Origin: Squalus acanthias
Lineage: Eukaryota
DNA length: 64,000 nucleotides
Assembly (NCBI GenBank): GCA_030390025.1
Contig: CM059452.1
Span: forward strand, 8,556,001-8,620,000
Reading direction: 5' to 3'
Within the stretch, counting starts at the first letter, position 1. Every line of letters starts with the position of its first letter. Both the position numbers and the translations under genes were made by a program. Of this stretch, positions 39,195-49,792 are shown piece by piece. The notes under the pieces are model-generated. The model did not search any database and was not told the origin of the DNA. It saw only the letters and a program-made list of their open reading frames with translations.

Positions 39195-39645
39195 TTAAGA
39201 AATAACAGCAGGAGTAGGCCATACGGCCCTTCGATCCTGCTCAACCATTCAATAAGATCAAGGCTGATCAACGACCTCAACTCCACTTTCCCGCCTGATC
39301 TCCATATCCCTTGGTTCCCCTAGAGTCCAAAAACCTATCTATCTCAGCCTTGAATATACTCAACGATTCAGCATTCACAGCCCTCTGGGGCAGAGAATAA
39401 CAAAGATTCACAACCCTCTGAGTGAAGAAATTACTCGTCATCTCAGTCTTAAATGGCCTACCCCTTATCCGGAGACTATGCCCCCTAGTTCTAGACACTC
39501 CAGCCAGGAAACAACCTCTCAGCATCTACCCTGTCAATCCCCTTCAGAATCTTGTATGTTTCAATGAGATCACCTCTCATTCTTCTAAACTCCAGAGAGT
39601 ATAGGCCCATTCTACAAATCCCTCATCATAGGACAGCCCTCTCAT
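39195..39645 (-). mobile_element. CR1 LINE 3' fragment (duplicated at ~42895-43370)
   Basis: SRTRGHSLRIRGRPF..FTQRVVNL. Confidence 0.85.
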
Positions 39646-39967
39646 CCCACCTTTTCTTGAATACAACTTTTCTTGCCAGAGATTATAAAGATAGTGTTCC
39701 TACTTGTCCAAGAACAATATTAATATACAAACATGATTCATGTGATGTGAACTATGCAGCGAAGCAGTTCTCACACTAAATAATCTGTTGTGGGAAAATG
39801 GCACCTATAAATATCAACAATTATCCGTCTTGATATGTTTGGTCAGTATTACAGAATTAGCCACTTCACTGCTAAACATGATGCGATAGAACGTTTTGCT
39901 TCTAATATTCTTTACTCTTCTCTGAAGTACATTCCCACAGCCGGCATTAACTGTTCCGGCAATAACG

Positions 39968-40050
39968 TATCGGACGGGCCGCTGCAGGTATCGGACGGGC
40001 CGCTGCAGATATCGGATGGGCCGCTGCAGATATCGGACGGGCCGCTGTAT
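39968..40050. repeat. 21-bp GC-rich minisatellite, ~4 copies
   Basis: Unit tatcggacgggccgctgcagg/aga; paralog of 43689-43940. Confidence 0.9.
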
Positions 40051-40549
40051 TGTTGGGTTCACTCTCCCGGTACCTCATTCACACTGACCGGCTCGGACTG
40101 GAATCTCCTGCCCAGGATAGAGCTTTGTGACCCTCTGCCCTGCCCACAGGGACAGGCAGAGCTCCCTCAGTCACAGTTAACACCGAGAGCGGAGGTCGGA
40201 GTGTCGATAATCTGCGCTCATTTAAACCAACTGGCGATCAGAGTAAGAGAGACTCCGGGATATTCGTGGGATCCCCAGAGGTCTCCGTTATACCAATGAT
40301 GGTCCAGGTGGGGTAAACCTCCCCAGACTGCCTGCTCCGTGGGGGTCTCACACCTCCTCTCTCCGGACGAACACACGTACCCGGCCCCGGTTCATATTCT
40401 GCTCCCGAATCTAAAGCTGCAATGAAACCCCTTAGAAAACCGGTTTGTTTGATTTTGAGGGGATTCTAGTAATACTGATCACAATAATAAACTGACGGTG
40501 AACATTAACCGGGACAGTCTGTAACACGGCGGAGTTTGGAGTCACTTAC

Positions 40550-41081
40550 CGGCTTTGACAGTCACCACCGTCCCGGATCCATCCACAGTATCATGGTGAT
40601 CCTTCCGGTACGAGTACTCAGCTTTACAGTAATAGGTGGCGCTGTCTTCAACTCGCACATCCCGAATTTCCAACGAAAATGTCTTGTCTGCCTTATTAGT
40701 CGACACAACAAATCGCCCTCCGCTCGAGATCGGCTCCCGCTCTGTCCCGGTCCGGGTTTGTCTGAAGAAATCCCCACGCGTTAAAGAACGAGCGCAAAAA
40801 TCACCATCGAAAAGGCAGGTGATGGTGAGAGACTGACACTCCTCCCTGGTCACCGCTGGCGGGGTCTGTGTCACTGACTGACTGAAAGAGCCTGGAAATT
40901 AAACAGAGAGAGTTTAATGGACCATCAGAGCCGAACCACACAACGGAGCTAAAACCCAGACAGTGTCCGCAATTCGGATGGACCCGGGCAGCTTTATATT
41001 AAATCCACACAATGTCGGTTTGTTTGATCGGTACTCACGGGGTAAACAGACACACAGGGTGAAAACAAGGAGGATTCCCAT
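40550..41081 (-). CDS. NARTCR: Pre-joined NAR-TCR VDJ gene (leader 41039-41081, VDJ exon 40550-40891)
   Basis: MGILLVFTLCVCLP|R SFSQSVTQTPPAVTREECQSLTITC..FFRQ..ISSGGRFV..FSLEIRDVRVEDSATYYCKAEYSYRKDHHDTVDGSGTVVTVKA|gtaag; IgNAR-like short FR2/HV2; no RSS; TATAAA at ~41106. Confidence 0.9.
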
Positions 41082-41459
41082 CGTTCTGTTGCCTGGAGCT
41101 GATGGTTTATATGACGGGGAGCTGGAGACTGCCGCCCTGGACTGTTCTGGGAGACTGTACCTCAGAGCTGGACTGAAATACTTTATGGGACCGAGTTAAT
41201 TAGCACAGGGCGGTGTCCCAGAGGTCAGTGATGGGCCATTCGGTTCCCGGATCTCTGGCTGTGTGTTGTGTGAATAAACGACAGTTATAAACCTGCAGTT
41301 TTCTGGCCCTTCATTGGGTCTCTGAGCCCGGTGTGAAAGCTCCTTCCACATTAGTCTGATGTTCAGGGGGCAGTTGTTCTGTCAGCAGAGGCTGCCGCTG
41401 TCTTTTGTCCCACAGTAATGAGCTGGGAGATCGGTTCATGTGTTTTTATTGTGTGGTGT

Positions 41460-41635
41460 TTATTGAGGGTGGAATGTGGGCCCAGGACACCGGGAGAATC
41501 CCCCGCTCTTATTCCAATAGTGCCGGGGATTCTTTAACATCTCCATGAACGGGCTGGGGACCTCGGTTAAACCTCTGATCGAAGGACGGCGCCTCAGACC
41601 CTGCAGCACTCCCTCAGCCCAGCAACTGAGGGTCA
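41460..41635 (-). mobile_element. SINE fragment (duplicated at ~46140-46305)
   Basis: Reverse-complement similarity to the SINE at 42735-42895. Confidence 0.55.
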
Positions 41636-42734
41636 GGGTCAAATATGAGACAGTCCAGGGCCATTTTCAATATACAGGCAGATATAGACAATATACACAA
41701 AGAATAAACTCTCCCTGTAATTTAAACAAATGCTTCCTGCACCGCCCCCTTCTTTGGTTTGCTTGTAAAATCATGTTTCAATTAATTAATGATTGATTTC
41801 AAGGTCTCTAATATTCAGAGTTTACAGGGGCAGTGACAGAGAATGAAGCGACACTCGGAAGGCGAATCGACATTGCGAGAACTCTGTGCTTGGGGCTTGT
41901 TTTAAAGAGCACAATCACTACCTTGTGAAATCTGTTCATTGTGTATAAACTGTCTCTGACCCAGCAACATACTCTGATCAAATAAACCCTGTGTACAGGC
42001 CGGGATCAAAGGGTCCGGGACACTGACAGGGGAGATGTGCAAAGGGCTGCACAATATTTCAGGCAGGCACCGAAAGGGCATAAAAGGACAAAAGGCGAGT
42101 TAATGGCCACAGACGGACTGTACGTCACACAATCAAGGCCGACAGTGCGTCACAGAAACATGGTTGACATGTCCGTCACACAAAGATGGCCGTGTTGGAC
42201 AAAGCCTGGAACCGTGACCTCAGCACCGCCGGATGGGCTGCCGCAGGTTCCTAATGTCCACCTGGTTCAAAAATTGGCCATTGTTTCAGCTCTGCGCAAT
42301 ACAACAGCCCATCTCACATTTTAAATACCTTTTGCCGGCCCACCGATTCACAGTTCAGCATGGAACTGACCCGAAAAGTTAACACCTTTCAGCCACCTTT
42401 TGCTCAGAACACTGAACTGTGTCATGGGACTTGCAATAATGTATGGGGCGCTGAAGATGGCCCACGCAGAGCAATGATTACTTTGAGAACTGGATTTGCT
42501 GCTAATACTGAAGTTACTGATCTTTGCGTTTAGTCTCACAGTATATTCCATTAACTCCTTGTAGAGAACCATAATTAACATCAAAACGATGATATTGAGG
42601 GAGTTATGATGAAACACTACAATGCCGCAGTTACGCTGTTAACATCAGTTGATGCAAATATCAATTGATAAAAATTCCTGCTTTTAGAATGGTGATTAGT
42701 GTGAAAAATGTCTTATCTTGTTATCTTGTGTCTT

Positions 42735-42895
42735 GTGTGGCTCAGTGCTGGCACTCGCGCCAGTGAGTCAGAAGGTTGTGGGTTCAAGTCTAGGCTGACG
42801 CTCCAGTGCAGTGCTGAGGGCGCGCTGTACTGTCGGAGGTGCTGGGTTTTGGATGAGGCGTTAAACCGAGTCCCAGTCTGCCCTCTCAAGTGGAC
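42735..42895 (+). mobile_element. tRNA-derived SINE (Deu-domain-like)
   Basis: A box tggctcagtg and B box ggttcaagtc, followed by the cagtgctgagggcgcgctgtactgtcggaggtgc core. Confidence 0.6.
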
Positions 42896-43688
42896 ATAAG
42901 AACATAAGAACAAAAGAAATAAGAGCAGGAGTAGGCCATACGGCCCCTCGAGCCTGCTCCGCCATTCAATAAGATCATGGCGGATCTTTGACCTCAACTC
43001 CACCTTCCCGCCCGATCTCCATATCCCTTGATTCCCCGAGAGTCCTAAAAATCTATCTATCTCAGCCTTGAATATACTCAAAGACTCACCATCCACAGCC
43101 CTCTGGGGCAGAGAATTCCAAAGATTCACAACCCTCCGAGTGAAGAAATTCCTCCTCATCTCAGTCTTAAATGGCCGACCCCTTATCCTGAGACTATGCC
43201 CCCTAGTTCTAGACACTCCAGCCAGGAGAAACAATCTCTCAGCATCTACCCTGTCAATCCCTTCAGAATCTTGTATGTTTCAATGAGATCACCTCTCATT
43301 CTTCTAAACTCCAGAGAGTATCGGCCCATTCTACTCAATCTCTCATCATAGGACAGCCCTCTCATCCCACCTTTTCTTGAAATCACCTTTTCTTGCCAGA
43401 GATTATAAAGATAGTGTTCATACTTGTCCAAGAACAATATTAATATACAAACATGATTCATATGATGTGAACTATGCAGCGAAGTAGTTCTCACACTAAA
43501 GAATCTGTTGTGTGAAAATGGCACCTATAAATATCAAGAATTATCGGTCTTGATATGTTTGATCAGTATTACAGAATTAGCCACTTCACTGCTAAACAGG
43601 ATGCTATAGAACGCTTTCCTTCTTAGTTACTTTACTCTTCAAGGAAGTACATTCCCACAGCCGGCATTAACTGTTCCGGCAATAACGT

Positions 43689-43940
43689 ATCGGACGGGCC
43701 GCTGCGGGTATCGGACGGGCCGCTGCGGATATCGGACGGGCCGCTGCGGGTATCGGACGGGCCGCTGCGGATATCGGACGGGCCGCTGCGGGTATCGGAC
43801 GGGCCGCAGTGGCTATCGGACGGGCCGCTGCGGGTATCGTATCGGACGGGCCGCTGCGGGTTATCGGACGGGACCGCTGCGGGTATCGGACGGCCGCTGC
43901 GGGTATCGGACGGGCGCTGCGGTATCGGACTGGCCGCTGT
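43689..43940. repeat. 21-bp GC-rich minisatellite, ~12 copies
   Basis: Unit tatcggacgggccgctgcggg. Confidence 0.92.
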
Positions 43941-44451
43941 ATTGGGTTCACTCTCCCGGTACCTCATTCACAGAGCCTGGCTCGGACTGCAATCTCCTCC
44001 CCACGACGGAGCTCTGTGACCCCCTGCCCATCTCACAGGGATAAGCAGAGCTCCCTCAGTCACAGTTAACACAGATAGCGGAGGCCGGAGCCTCGGCAAT
44101 CTGCGCTCATTTAAACGAACTGGGGATCATAGTGATAATTCTGTATATTCATGGGACCCCCGAGGTCCCCGTTAAACCGATGATGGTCCATATGGGGTCA
44201 AACCGCCCCAGACTGCCTGCTCCGTGGAGGTCTCACACCTTCTCTCTCCGGACTCACACCCGGACGCGGACGCGATCCCGTTTCATATTTTGCTCCCCAA
44301 TCTAGAACTGCAATGAACCCCCTCCCCCTCCATTAGAAAACCGCTCTGTTTGTATTTGAAGGGGATTGAGGTGATACTGATCACAATAATAAACTGACGG
44401 TGAACATTAACCGGGACAGTCTGTAACACGGCGGGGTTTGGAGTCACTTAC

Positions 44452-44499
44452 CGGCTGTGACAGTCACCACCGTCCCGGATCCATCCACATAATAATAAC
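44452..44499 (-). CDS. NARTCR: NAR-TCR J segment
   Basis: GGTTCTTGT-23-CACTGTG (44500-44538), then YYYVDGSGTVVTVTA|gtaag. Confidence 0.93.
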
Positions 44500-44882
44500 C
44501 ACAGTGACACCGCTCTCAGTCACCCCGGTACAAGAACCACCGACACCTCAATCTGCCGGACACACATCACCAGACAGTCGGCGCTGCCCAATTATTCCAG
44601 GGATCAATAAACAATATTCCGTGTTCCACAGTCCCCGTCGGTTCAAACTGTTCTTTGTGAGACTCTGAGCTCTCAGTAAAATGGCCCAGGAACACGGGCC
44701 GGAGATGGGCGCTTCCTATCAACGGAGCAAATATCAAAGAAAGAAAACTGAAAGTAGGAAATGACAATTAAATTAAACCAGATTACAGCGATAATAAGAT
44801 CAAACCGCCAATTCGGGTTCCGGGCCCAGGGAATTTATATTTTAATTGTACACAGGTATTTGCTCAGGTCGCATCCACTGTG

Positions 44883-44895
44883 AGGTTCCAGTAAA
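44883..44895 (-). CDS. NARTCR: NAR-TCR D segment (TTTACTGGAACCT)
   Basis: Flanked on both sides by perfect heptamers with 12-bp spacers (44855-44882 and 44896-44923). Confidence 0.9.
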
Positions 44896-45285
44896 CACAG
44901 TGTTTCAAGTCAGCATCAAATCCCCCGGTACTCGGTGAGATGAGGGGACATTAGTTGCACGGCGGGGACCGCGGTTCCCGGTTCCAGCTTTTAGAACAGG
45001 ATCCCATCTGGAGTTCGGGACTTGTAACTGGGATCAGTCATTCCCAATCGCCATTTATTGACACCAATCCCGGGAAAGACGTCACCGCCCGCACACACTC
45101 AGCATTTACAAAACTCAAGGTGTTAACTGCAATAATCCAATCTGATTATAAACTAGACTGTGGGGCAGACGGTGCGAGGCGGAACTGTGGGTTTACCGGC
45201 AGATTAACTCCGCTTTTTCACTTGTTTCTGTCACAATCTGCAGCGAGAGTTTTTGTATCGCGGGAAGCCGAAGCCCATCACTGTG

Positions 45286-45760
45286 TGGTGTAGTACTCAG
45301 CTTTACAGTAATAGGTGGCGCTGTCTTCAACTCGCACATCCCGAATTTCCAACGAAAATGTCTTTTCTGCCTTATTAGTCCTCACAACAAATCGCTCGCC
45401 GCTCGAGATCCGCTCCCGCTCTGTCCCGGTCTGGGTTTGTCTGAAGAAATGTCCATTATGAAAATTATAATCCCAATAACCACCATAGAAAACGCAGATG
45501 ATGCTGAGAGACTGACACTCCTCCCTGGTCACCGCTGGCGGGGTCTGTGTCACTGACTGACTGAAAGAGCCTGGAAATTAAACAGAGAGAGTTTAATTGG
45601 CCATCAGAGCCGAACCACACAACGGGGCTAAAACCCAGACAGTGTCCGCAATTCGGATGGATCCGGGCAGCTTTATATTAAATCCACACAATGTCGGTTT
45701 GGTTGATCGGTACTCACGCGGTAAACAGACACACAGGGTGAAAACAAGGAGGATTCCCAT
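45286..45760 (-). CDS. NARTCR: Unrearranged NAR-TCR V segment (leader 45718-45760, V exon 45286-45570)
   Basis: Same leader as the joined copy; TREECQSLSIICVFYGGYWDYNFHNGHFFRQ..DSATYYCKAEYYT; RSS CACAGTG-22-ACAAAAACT at 45248-45285. Confidence 0.93.
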
Positions 45761-46393
45761 CGTTCTGCTGCCTGGCGCTGATGGTTTATATGGCGGGGAG
45801 CTGGAGACTGCAGCCCTGGACTGGTCTGGCAGACTGTACCTCAGACCTGGACTGAAATACTTTAGGGGCCGAGTTAATTAGCACAGGGCGGTGTCCCGGA
45901 GATCACTGATGGGCCGCACGGTTCCCGGATCTCTGGCTGTGTGTTGTGTGAGTAAGCGACAGGTTTAAAGAATAACCTGCAGTTTTCTGGCGCTTCATTG
46001 GGTCTGTGAGCCTGATGTGAAAGCCCCTCCCACATTTTACAGGGGGGAGTTGTTCTGTCGGCAGAGACTGCCGCCCGCCTTTGCCCCACATTAATAAGCT
46101 GGGAGGTCGGCTCATGTGTTTTTATTGAGTGGTGTTTATTGAGGGTGGAATGTGGGCCCAGGACACCGGGAGAATCCCCCGCTCCTATTCCAATAGTGCC
46201 GGGGATACTTTAACATCTCCCTGAACGGGTTTGGGACCTCGGTTAAACCTCTGATCGAAGGACGGCGCCTCAGACCCTGCAGCACTCCCGCAGTCCAGCA
46301 ACTGAGTAGCAGGTTATAACATGAGACAGTCCAGGGCCATTTTCAATATACAGGCAGATATAGACAACATACACAAAGAACAAAGCTCCCTGT

Positions 46394-46880
46394 AATTGAA
46401 ACAAATGCTTCCTTGGACAGGCACTTTACAGCTTTCTGGACTCAACATAGAGTTCAACAATTTCAGATCATAACCTCGGCCCCTATCATATATATATTTT
46501 TCATCCACACTTTTTGTCTGTGTCTTTTTTTCTTCTCTCCCACATGGCAGCTGTCTTTCATTCTGCCAGCGCAATTCACACTTCATCTAGAGCCATCCTT
46601 TGTTTCTTAACCTGTCCCATTACCATCTCCCTTTTGCCTTGAATATCTCTTAATGTCTCTTAACCTCTCCTGCCTTCTATCCTATCACAGACCTTCCCTT
46701 TTGTTCTTTCATCTCCTCCCCCCTTTCCCAGCCCCTGCACTTGCTTAAAAATCTGCTCCATTTCCTGCTTTTTTCCAGTTCTGACGACAGGTCATCGACC
46801 TGAAACTTTAACTCTGTTTCTCTCTTCACAGATGCTGCCTGACCTGCTGAGTATCTCCAGTACTTTCTGCTTTTATTTCA
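46394..46880 (+). mobile_element. Penelope-like 3' fragment with hammerhead at 46777-46813
   Basis: GIY-YIG C-terminal remnant GTLQLSGLNIEFNNFR; agttCTGACGAcaggtcatcgacctGAAActTTaact. Confidence 0.7.
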
Positions 46881-47384
46881 ATAATAATAATGTCCCCGTC
46901 GCAAATTATATAACTCTGCCTCTCTATAAGATATGAGCTATTTTCATATTCGTTAAAAATTCGTGGCAAGCAGGCCAGCGATAGGAATCGCAGAATTATT
47001 ATATTATTCAAAAGTTACCGACATCTTCCTCAGTGAATTGGGTTAAAACCAGGGGCTGAAACTAGCGGTGAGAAATAGAGCAAAACGGCAAACGATCCCA
47101 AGGTTCTGGAGGCGCACATCTCGTTTACACTTCACTAACTTCTGAAGTTATAAAACTGTAATCGAATGTATAACATTAATAAGCATAAATATGAGATCAA
47201 AAGCAATTTCACGTTAATTTATATTGAAAAAGTGTCAGTCAGTATTAGCTGATGTCAGGTGACCGGCTGTGGGAATCCGCGCTCTGTCAGCGCCACCTGG
47301 TGGTCGGGTTTAAAGTATCTCCTTTGAGCTGATCTCACAGAACACGGTTGCTGTACGAGGTGTCCCGAGGCCCTTCTCACTGTG

Positions 47385-47663
47385 GGCCTCAGTGCACAGT
47401 AGTATACGGCAGCTCACTCAAGTTGAAAAAAGCGATAATTCTGGACGTTTCCGGAATGACAGAGAAACGGTCGTTAACCTCACCCTTTCCATAGGAATGT
47501 ATTCGAATTACGAAAGTGGGAGCCTTGTTCTGGCTCTGACGATAAAACTCGAGGTATTAGCTCTCTATGGAGGTTGAATAGTTACAATTAATGCTCATGG
47601 AGGTTCCTTCCAGATATTGGGCTTCTGTTGGCCACTGATCGACGGAGTCTCCAGAACTCAGTC
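47385..47663 (-). pseudogene. TCR V pseudogene, inverted paralog of 9189-9477
   Basis: In-frame TAA in CDR1, FR3 deletion; RSS CACAGTG-23-ACAGCAACC. Confidence 0.88.
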
Positions 47664-47696
47664 CTGCAGAAAACATTCCAGGTTACCAATAGAAAG

Positions 47697-47927
47697 NNNN
47701 NNNNNNNNNNNNNNNNNNNNNNNNNNNNNNNNNNNNNNNNNNNNNNNNNNNNNNNNNNNNNNNNNNNNNNNNNNNNNNNNNNNNNNNNNNNNNNNNNNNN
47801 NNNNNNNNNNNNNNNNNNNNNNNNNNNNNNNNNNNNNNNNNNNNNNNNNNNNNNNNNNNNNNNNNNNNNNNNNNNNNNNNNNNNNNNNNNNNNNNNNNNN
47901 NNNNNNNNNNNNNNNNNNNNNNNNNNA
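47697..47927. other. Assembly gap
   Basis: Run of N. Confidence 1.
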
Positions 47928-49398
47928 TGTGGAGATGCCGGTGTTGGACTGGGGTGGACAAATGTGAGAAGTCGCACAACACCAGGTTATAGTCCAACAG
48001 CTTTATTTGAAATCACAAGCTTTCGGAGCGCTGCTCCTTCGTCAGGTGAAGTGAAGAGATGCATATAGGCACAGCATATATAGTCAGAGAACACTGCCAG
48101 ATGATTACAGTTAATCTTTCTAACTGCCCTTTATCACACCTCGGCAGAGAGATAATCACGGCAATCAAAGGTGTGGATGGTGTCCAAACAGGTCAGTCAG
48201 GAAAACATTATATCAAAGACAATGAGGTGGGGTCACAAGGGGTCAAATGTGGCAGATGCTGGGGTCTGTATGGAAAACAAAAAACTTTTTTTGCTGGAAA
48301 TCACAGCAGGTCCGGCCGCATCTGTGTAGAGAGAACAAGCCAACGACGACTCGAGTCTGGATGACTCTACGTCAGGTGGGGTTACATGTAACGTGACATG
48401 AACCCAAGATCCCGGTTGAGGCCATCCTCATGGGTGCGGAACTTGGCTATCAGTTTCTGCTCGACGATTTTGCGTTGTTGTGTGTCTCGAAGGCCGCCTT
48501 GGAGAACGCTTACCCGAAGATCGGAGGCTGAATGTCCTTGACTGCTGAAGTGTTCCCCGACTGGGAGGGAACACTCCTGCCTGGCGATTGTTGCGTGGTG
48601 TCCGTTCATACGTTGTCGCAGTGTCTGCATGGTCTCGCCGATGTACCATGCTCCGGGGCATCCTTTCCTGCAACATATGAGGTAGACAACGTTGGCCGAG
48701 TCACATGAGTATGTACCATGTACCTGGTGGGTGGTGTCCTCACGTGTGATGATGGTATCTGTGTTGATGATCTGGCATGTCTTGCAGAGGTTGCTGTGAC
48801 AGGGTTGTGTGGTGTCGTGGTCGCTGTTCTCCTGAAAGCTGGGTAATTTGCTGCGAACGATAGTCTGTTTGAGGTTAGGTGGCTGTTTGAAGGCGAATAG
48901 TGGAGGCGTGGGGATGGCCTTAGCGAGGTGTTCGACGTCATCGATGACATGTTGAAGGCTGCGAAGAACATGGCGTAGTTTCTCCGCTCCGGGGAAGTAC
49001 TGGACGATGGAGGATACTCTGTTGGTTGTGTCCCGTGTTTGTCTTCTGAGGAGGTCTATGCGATTTTTCGCTGTGGCCCGTCGGAACTGTCGATCGACGA
49101 GTCGAGCGTCATATCCCGTTCTTATGAGGGCGTCTTTCAGCGTCTGTAGGTTTCCATCGCGTTCCTCCTCGTCTGAGCAGATCCTGTGTATTCGCAGGGC
49201 TTGTCCATAGGGGATGGCTTCTTTAACGTGGTTAGGGTGGAAGCTGGAGAAGTGGAGCATCGTGAGGTTGTCCGTGGGCTTGCGGTAGAGTGAAGTGCTG
49301 AGGTGTCCGTCTTTGATGGAGATTCGTGTGTCCAAGAATGAAACCGATTCTGAGGAGTAGTCCATGGTGAGTTTGATGGTGGGATGGAACTTGTTAAA
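47928..49398 (-). mobile_element. 5'-truncated Penelope-like element; hammerhead at 48012-48051
   Basis: ORF 48382-~49398 is highly similar to the C-terminal half of 17184-18554. Confidence 0.9.
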
Positions 49399-49792
49399 CA
49401 GGGAGAGAGACCGAGTTAAACAAAGAGACAAGGGGGGAGATAGAGAGAGATAGAGACAGACAGAGAGAGAGGGAGAGAGAGAGAGCGACAGAGAGAGAGA
49501 GAGGGACAGAGAGAGAGAGAGAGAGCGACAGCGAGAGGGAGACTCACTCTCAGAGCGAGGCAAGCAAAGAGTTTGTAGGGAGACATCAGTAATTGTTCCA
49601 CAACTAACACTGATTGGTGCACAGCTGGTATCATTTCAGAGAGACCATCCAATCCTGTCCCTGGGAAACGCCCCTCGGTTTCTCCATAAGTGAAACTTGC
49701 CCCTGGTCTGCGTTTACTCGTTAATATCAGACTAGAAGGTCAACATATTTTAAATATTCTGTGATTTTCAGTCGAACTCTAAACCAGGCACC

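Noticed and set aside
40550-41081. Retrotransposed processed copy as the origin of the joined VDJ
   Set aside because: Leader intron, promoter, J donor and downstream intron are all retained and colinear with the paralog; no poly-A or target-site duplication.
43632-43967. Repetitive ORFs (SGPSDTR)n
   Set aside because: Translation of the 21-bp minisatellite in the NAR J intron.
44540-45247. Additional D segments in the NAR cassette
   Set aside because: Only one pair of opposing perfect heptamers with 12-bp spacers was found; other heptamer-like words lack nonamers.
40550-45760. IgNAR cluster rather than NAR-TCR
   Set aside because: Single D, FR1 Cys, no IgNAR C exons, embedded among TCR V genes and followed by a CDR1-Cys Vdelta.
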